Origin: Chrysomallon squamiferum | Lineage: Eukaryota > Animalia > Mollusca | Length of the DNA: 64,000 bases | Assembly (NCBI GenBank): GCA_012295275.1 | Contig: CM022666.1 | Coordinates: forward strand, 3,720,001 to 3,784,000 | Reading direction: 5' to 3' | Shown: in pieces, positions 59,591 through 64,000 of the stretch | Position numbering within the stretch: the stretch's first letter is position 1 | Layout of the letters: each line of letters opens with the position of its first letter | Position numbers and translations under genes: made by a program | The notes under the pieces: generated by a model | Seen by the model: only the letters and a program-made list of their open reading frames with translations | What the model was told of the DNA's origin: nothing | Database searches by the model: none

Positions 59591-60057
59591 CCGTTCCTTT
59601 TCTTTCTATACTGTCTATTTATCTGTTTGTCTGTAACTGTCTAATGTTTCTATATCATATAATTATTAGTAGTAAAAACTAAGACCCCTGTCTTCAGTAC
59701 AGTCAGGAGGAATCTAATAATCTTCACTAAAACTTGTTACACATCTATTTATTTACTGTCATTACATTTCACATCCTATTTTTTTTTTTTTTTTTTTTTC
59801 AAATATCACTGATTATCATCATCAATAAACCTATTACTGTAATTACCATCTTCATAGCTATTGTCACCGTTGCTATCATCATATTTATCTTATTGCCATC
59901 ATCATCATCATTACTATCAACAATATTATCATCATCATTCATAATAAGAATAAATAATAATAATAACAATATTCATTACAATAATCATCTTCATCGTCAT
60001 CAACATCATCAGCAGCAGTATTAATTCTTTGTTCGTCTGTTGTTTTTGCTGCTCCAG

Positions 60058-60254
60058 TGACCCTAACCGAGGCCCGGGGGAGATGTCTTTAGGGGACTGG
60101 CCTTCATACCGACCCAAAGAACAGCTGTACCTAAAACTGGACACGAAGTACCTCCATAATGCGGACAAGGATGACGCCATCGGAGCTGGAGGGCCAAGGA
60201 TCGAACAATGCGCGTTCTGGCATCACTATCTACCTCGACTAGTGGCGGGAACAG
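60058..60254 (+). CDS. ACHE: Acetylcholinesterase, second coding exon (end of catalytic domain)
   Basis: Acceptor gctccag|T completes the Gly codon, giving FAKTG-DPN. Encodes DPNRGPGEMSLGDWPSY...YLKLDT...GPRIEQCAFWHHYLPRLVAGT, including the conserved WPxY and CAFW motifs. Donor ACAG|gtaaca, phase 1. Confidence 0.93.
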
Positions 60255-62479
60255 GTAACATACATTTTCGCAGACTTTTTTTTTTTTTTTTTGAATACCA
60301 ATATGACTGTGTCGCATCTGTGCTACAAATATATCTATGTGTAATTTGCTAACGGAATGTCTTTCAGAAATGATACAGAAATGGAGCAAGAATGTTTAAT
60401 TATTATTAATGTTTTGTATTCATTATAATCATCGCAGTAATAATAATAATTATTAGCAGTATTATTATCATCATCATCATCATCATCATCATCGTTATCA
60501 TTTATTTATTAATTTATCATTTATATACATGTCAAAGGAAAATTTTCATTTTTGTCTTACATATTATTATTTTTTCTTACAAAGTTTGTTTCTGAAATAT
60601 ACCAATATCTAATATATATATATATATTCTTACCATATTTAACAACTTATGCATTTCCAAACTATTCAAGCATGCAGTTTTATATATTCTACATGTTTTC
60701 ATAATCAACATAATTATGTTATCTGCATTTGAATCTTATAACCATGATCATCATTTTATAATTATTATCATCCTCATCACAATGGAAAAGCAATATGGCG
60801 TCTTCCACTTGTTTCTTCAACAAAGATTCAATTGTTAAAAGAGAACGAATCAATCCAGAAGACCATTAATTAACCTTAATTTACCTAATTTATGCATGGC
60901 TTTCCTGGTCATAATAGACCACATTTCCCCGTTAACCAAGTTCCTTCTCAATATTTCCCCGACCTACTAATATTATATAAGCAAGCTAAAAATGAATGCG
61001 CATGTTAAAAAAAGAAGAAAAAGAAAAACGAAAGAAACCTTGCCCGGTTTGGTTTCGGTGGTGTGAATTTAATTTGCACGTGCTCTTTGCTGTGGTGTGG
61101 AAATTACAAACGAAAGAAGATAATGGCAGTCGAAAAGAGAAGGGATACTTGAAGGTATTTTTTTTTCTCGCATTTTTCTGTTTGTCGTTTTTTTTTTTTT
61201 TTTTTGCTTGTGAAATTATTATGCATGTGTTGCATGAATTGCATGAAAGGGTTGCACTGTGAAAACCATTTTATTTTATTCATTTCTGTGTCAAATTATT
61301 ATTTCATTCTAGTTATTTTGTATTAATTTCGGAACACTTTTATTTTAAAGGTTATGACATTTGGTATTTTAATATTTAATATCAGTTTCTTTAGTTTCCC
61401 CTAATTATTATTGGTATTGCTTTTATTTTTATCTTTATGTGTTTTAATATCTACACAGTTTCAAATTATTATGTGTAATTACAATTTTTATTCCAGCACC
61501 TATAGTATATACGGTTTATTTATTGTGGTATTGTTTCTGCATACATATTTTCTCAGTGGCAGTGATTATATGCACATTTTTTACTTTTTATTTCGTTGTA
61601 ATAGTCTTTTTTCTTTATTTTTTATTTTTAAAGTTTTGAAATATGTTATTATAATTTATTTTAAAAGTTCATATCACATGTTTACGACGTTCTTCTGCTT
61701 ACAAGATTTAAATGCACCCCCACTCTGCTTGAGAGTAATAATAATAATTAAAAAAAAGAACATTTATTTATTTATTTATTTATTATTACATATTTTATTT
61801 ATTTATTTATAAATTAAAGCACTAATAAATGTGTTAAGAGTAATAATAGTAAAATAACAAGCTCCTTTGCTAGAAAGGCGAAAAAAGAGAAAAACAGTTT
61901 CAGCGTGTTTGATTCATAAATCAAGTATTCAATTTGACAGTACACGTCACAGAATTGGCAAGCGCTGGAATATTATCTGACGTAGCTGACGGCAAATGAG
62001 CTAAGGGCCATTAAATCCAATATAATTTTTATTAAAAACGGCCAATAGTTATTCACTGTTGTCAGTTTGTTCTGTCAGTTATCCCATTTGCCTGTATTAT
62101 TTATGATTGTTTTGAATGAGTGTGCGTGTGTGTGTGTGTCTGTGTGTGTGTGTGTGTTTGATGTTTGTTTATTTTTCATTGAGAAAATACGTGTATGTTA
62201 TAACTTTTTTTGTTGTAATAAATATTACTGTGTGAAAATTAGTAATATCACAGTAGATTTTCACAAAACAGAAGGAAGAAACAATCATAATAAATGTACA
62301 AAAGAAATTAAGGAGAAAATCAATGTGATCTTTTAGCTTGCCTAAACGTTTTTACGACTTTTTTCTTCATAAGATAACAATAAAATCGTTTTTCTTTTGA
62401 AAAGAATAGGACGTTTTATCAATCCGCACGATTGTTATCTTTGTCTGTTAATGCCGCTTTTATTTTTTTTATTTCGCAG

Positions 62480-62619
62480 CGAATATTTCGGAGGTTGAAA
62501 AAGACTGGAAGGTTCAATACAACGAATGGAAAACGAGATACATAGTCGACTGGAAACACCAGTTTGATAACTTTCTACATAACTACGAAAGACGGTTACA
62601 TACATGTGGAACACCATGA
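62480..62619 (+). CDS. ACHE: Acetylcholinesterase terminal coding exon: WAT / T-peptide tetramerisation domain
   Basis: Acceptor atttcgcag|CG, phase 1, matches the previous donor. Translates to ANISEVEKDWKVQYNEWKTRYIVDWKHQFDNFLHNYERRLHTCGTP*, with three spaced Trp, the WKxQFD motif and a near-terminal Cys, as in vertebrate AChE-T/BChE tails. Too short to appear in the ORF track. Confidence 0.92.
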
Positions 62620-62632
62620 CGTCACCGGAAGT
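62617..62632 (+). promoter_or_regulatory. CRE + ETS motif pair (TGACGTCACCGGAAGT) beginning at the stop codon
   Basis: The stop TGA forms the first three bases of a perfect CRE, followed immediately by CCGGAAGT. Function not shown. Confidence 0.35.
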
Positions 62633-62733
62633 AGTAGATCTGGCCAGGCGAAATTGTCGTCTGCTTTTGAGAAAACATGTCCATCTATTGATACCAAGAT
62701 TATTTCAGAATTAACAAAATCTACGACAATGGC

Positions 62734-62769
<36 letters not shown>

Positions 62770-63066
62770 GCAATAATAATAATAATAAGGGCGGCCACAC
62801 TTCAGTTTCAAGCAATACTTTTTTGAAAATGAGATATAAAAAATAATAATAATAATCAGTTATTGTTTCGGGAGGTTTGGGATGGTTGTTATATTTTCGT
62901 TGTGTTCTTTTCACTTTTCAATTTTCACTTTTTTTTTTTTTTTTTTTTTTTAAATATTTTATCAAAAGTTGTATTTAAAATGCAATTCAAACAGCGTACT
63001 GTGTCTGAAAGACAGTAGATTACACACAATACTTATTTCACAGCTATAAAACACCAGCGTTTCTTT

Positions 63067-63072
63067 AATAAA
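63067..63072 (+). terminator. Candidate polyadenylation signal (AATAAA)
   Basis: About 450 nt past the stop codon with T/GT-rich sequence downstream. Other AATAAA hexamers exist (62763, ~63448), so the assignment is ambiguous. Confidence 0.2.
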
Positions 63073-63554
63073 TTACCAGTCTTTCATTTGGTTTGTCATT
63101 TAAATTTCTAGCATGGGTCCTAAACAGACAGGCCAATGGGGTCGATGCAGCAATAGACAGGAAAGGGCTGGGACGGATTTGAAATTAACTGCGTAAATTT
63201 TTAATTCTGTCAATAAGAATAGTATGAAGTTACTAATTATAGGTAGGTCTACATCGGCGTTACAGTTTATTTTTTCTCTTTTTAGAGTGGTTTAAAACTC
63301 AGGTATAAAATATATATCAATAGTAAGAAAGAAAAAAAAAAAAGAAAAGTTTCCTCAGGAAGAAAGAAGTAATCCTTTATTGAACATTTATATACAATTT
63401 CTAGTGTATGTCATTGTACATATGCACATAAACATGTTTTGTGTCGAATAAAGATATACCTCATACTCTTTGTTCGTTTCCATTTCCTAATAAACCAACA
63501 TTACCGGTTGTTGTTTTTTGTTGTAAATAATAAAAATAAAAAAATAAAATAAAA

Positions 63555-63712
63555 CTACGTTACCATTTCTTGTAAAATTATCTTTTCCCTGTAATATAAC
63601 TTTGCCGTTTCTTTTAAAATTGACTTCTTTTTTTTTTTTCCCTGTAAAACGACGCTTATATTTCTTGTAAAATAAACTTTTTCCCGGAAAATGACGTACC
63701 ATTTCCTATAAA
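63555..63712. repeat. Degenerate ~40-bp tandem repeat (acgttaccatttcttgtaaaat...ttttccc)
   Basis: About 4 diverged copies downstream of the gene. Confidence 0.6.
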
Positions 63713-63887
63713 CTCGAGGTTTATCTAATTTTAATTTATTTTAATAAAATTAGAATTATTGTTTTTTCTTACTGAACTGGCTGTTAGGTATAAAACGACA
63801 TAACCATTTGGCATTTCCTATATATATATATATCTAAAAAAAAAAAAAATTAAAAAAAAAAGTTTGTTTGTTTGTTTGTTTGTTTTG

Positions 63888-63947
<60 letters not shown>

Positions 63948-64000
63948 ATTATTGTTGTTGTTATTATTATTTAATATTTAATATTTCTTATTTAGTTTTA

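Overview
AT-rich eukaryotic genomic DNA, dense in microsatellites. It is probably an invertebrate, possibly a mollusc; that taxon call is a low-confidence inference. The only well-supported protein-coding gene is an acetylcholinesterase on the + strand with three coding exons: 51481-53024, 60058-60254 and 62480-62619. The splice phases match and give a 626-aa protein with a signal peptide, an intact Ser/Glu/His triad and a vertebrate-like C-terminal WAT (T-peptide) tetramerisation exon. The first ~51 kb is non-coding, consistent with 5' introns and upstream regulatory DNA. It holds simple repeats, degenerate tandem arrays, CpG-richer unique islands, several candidate non-coding exons, and a ~965-bp internally deleted Mutator-like element with 39/38-bp TIRs and a frameshifted FLYWCH zinc-finger ORF. 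Nearly all other entries in the ORF track are microsatellite artefacts. I cannot demonstrate a new biological system from sequence alone. The leads most worth testing are: (i) at least 11 perfect CRE palindromes, with ETS+CRE composites at both the start and stop codons of the gene; (ii) complementary (TATG)n/(CATA)n tracts bracketing the start-codon exon, a geometry that could allow back-splicing; (iii) the WAT exon plus possible alternative C-termini.
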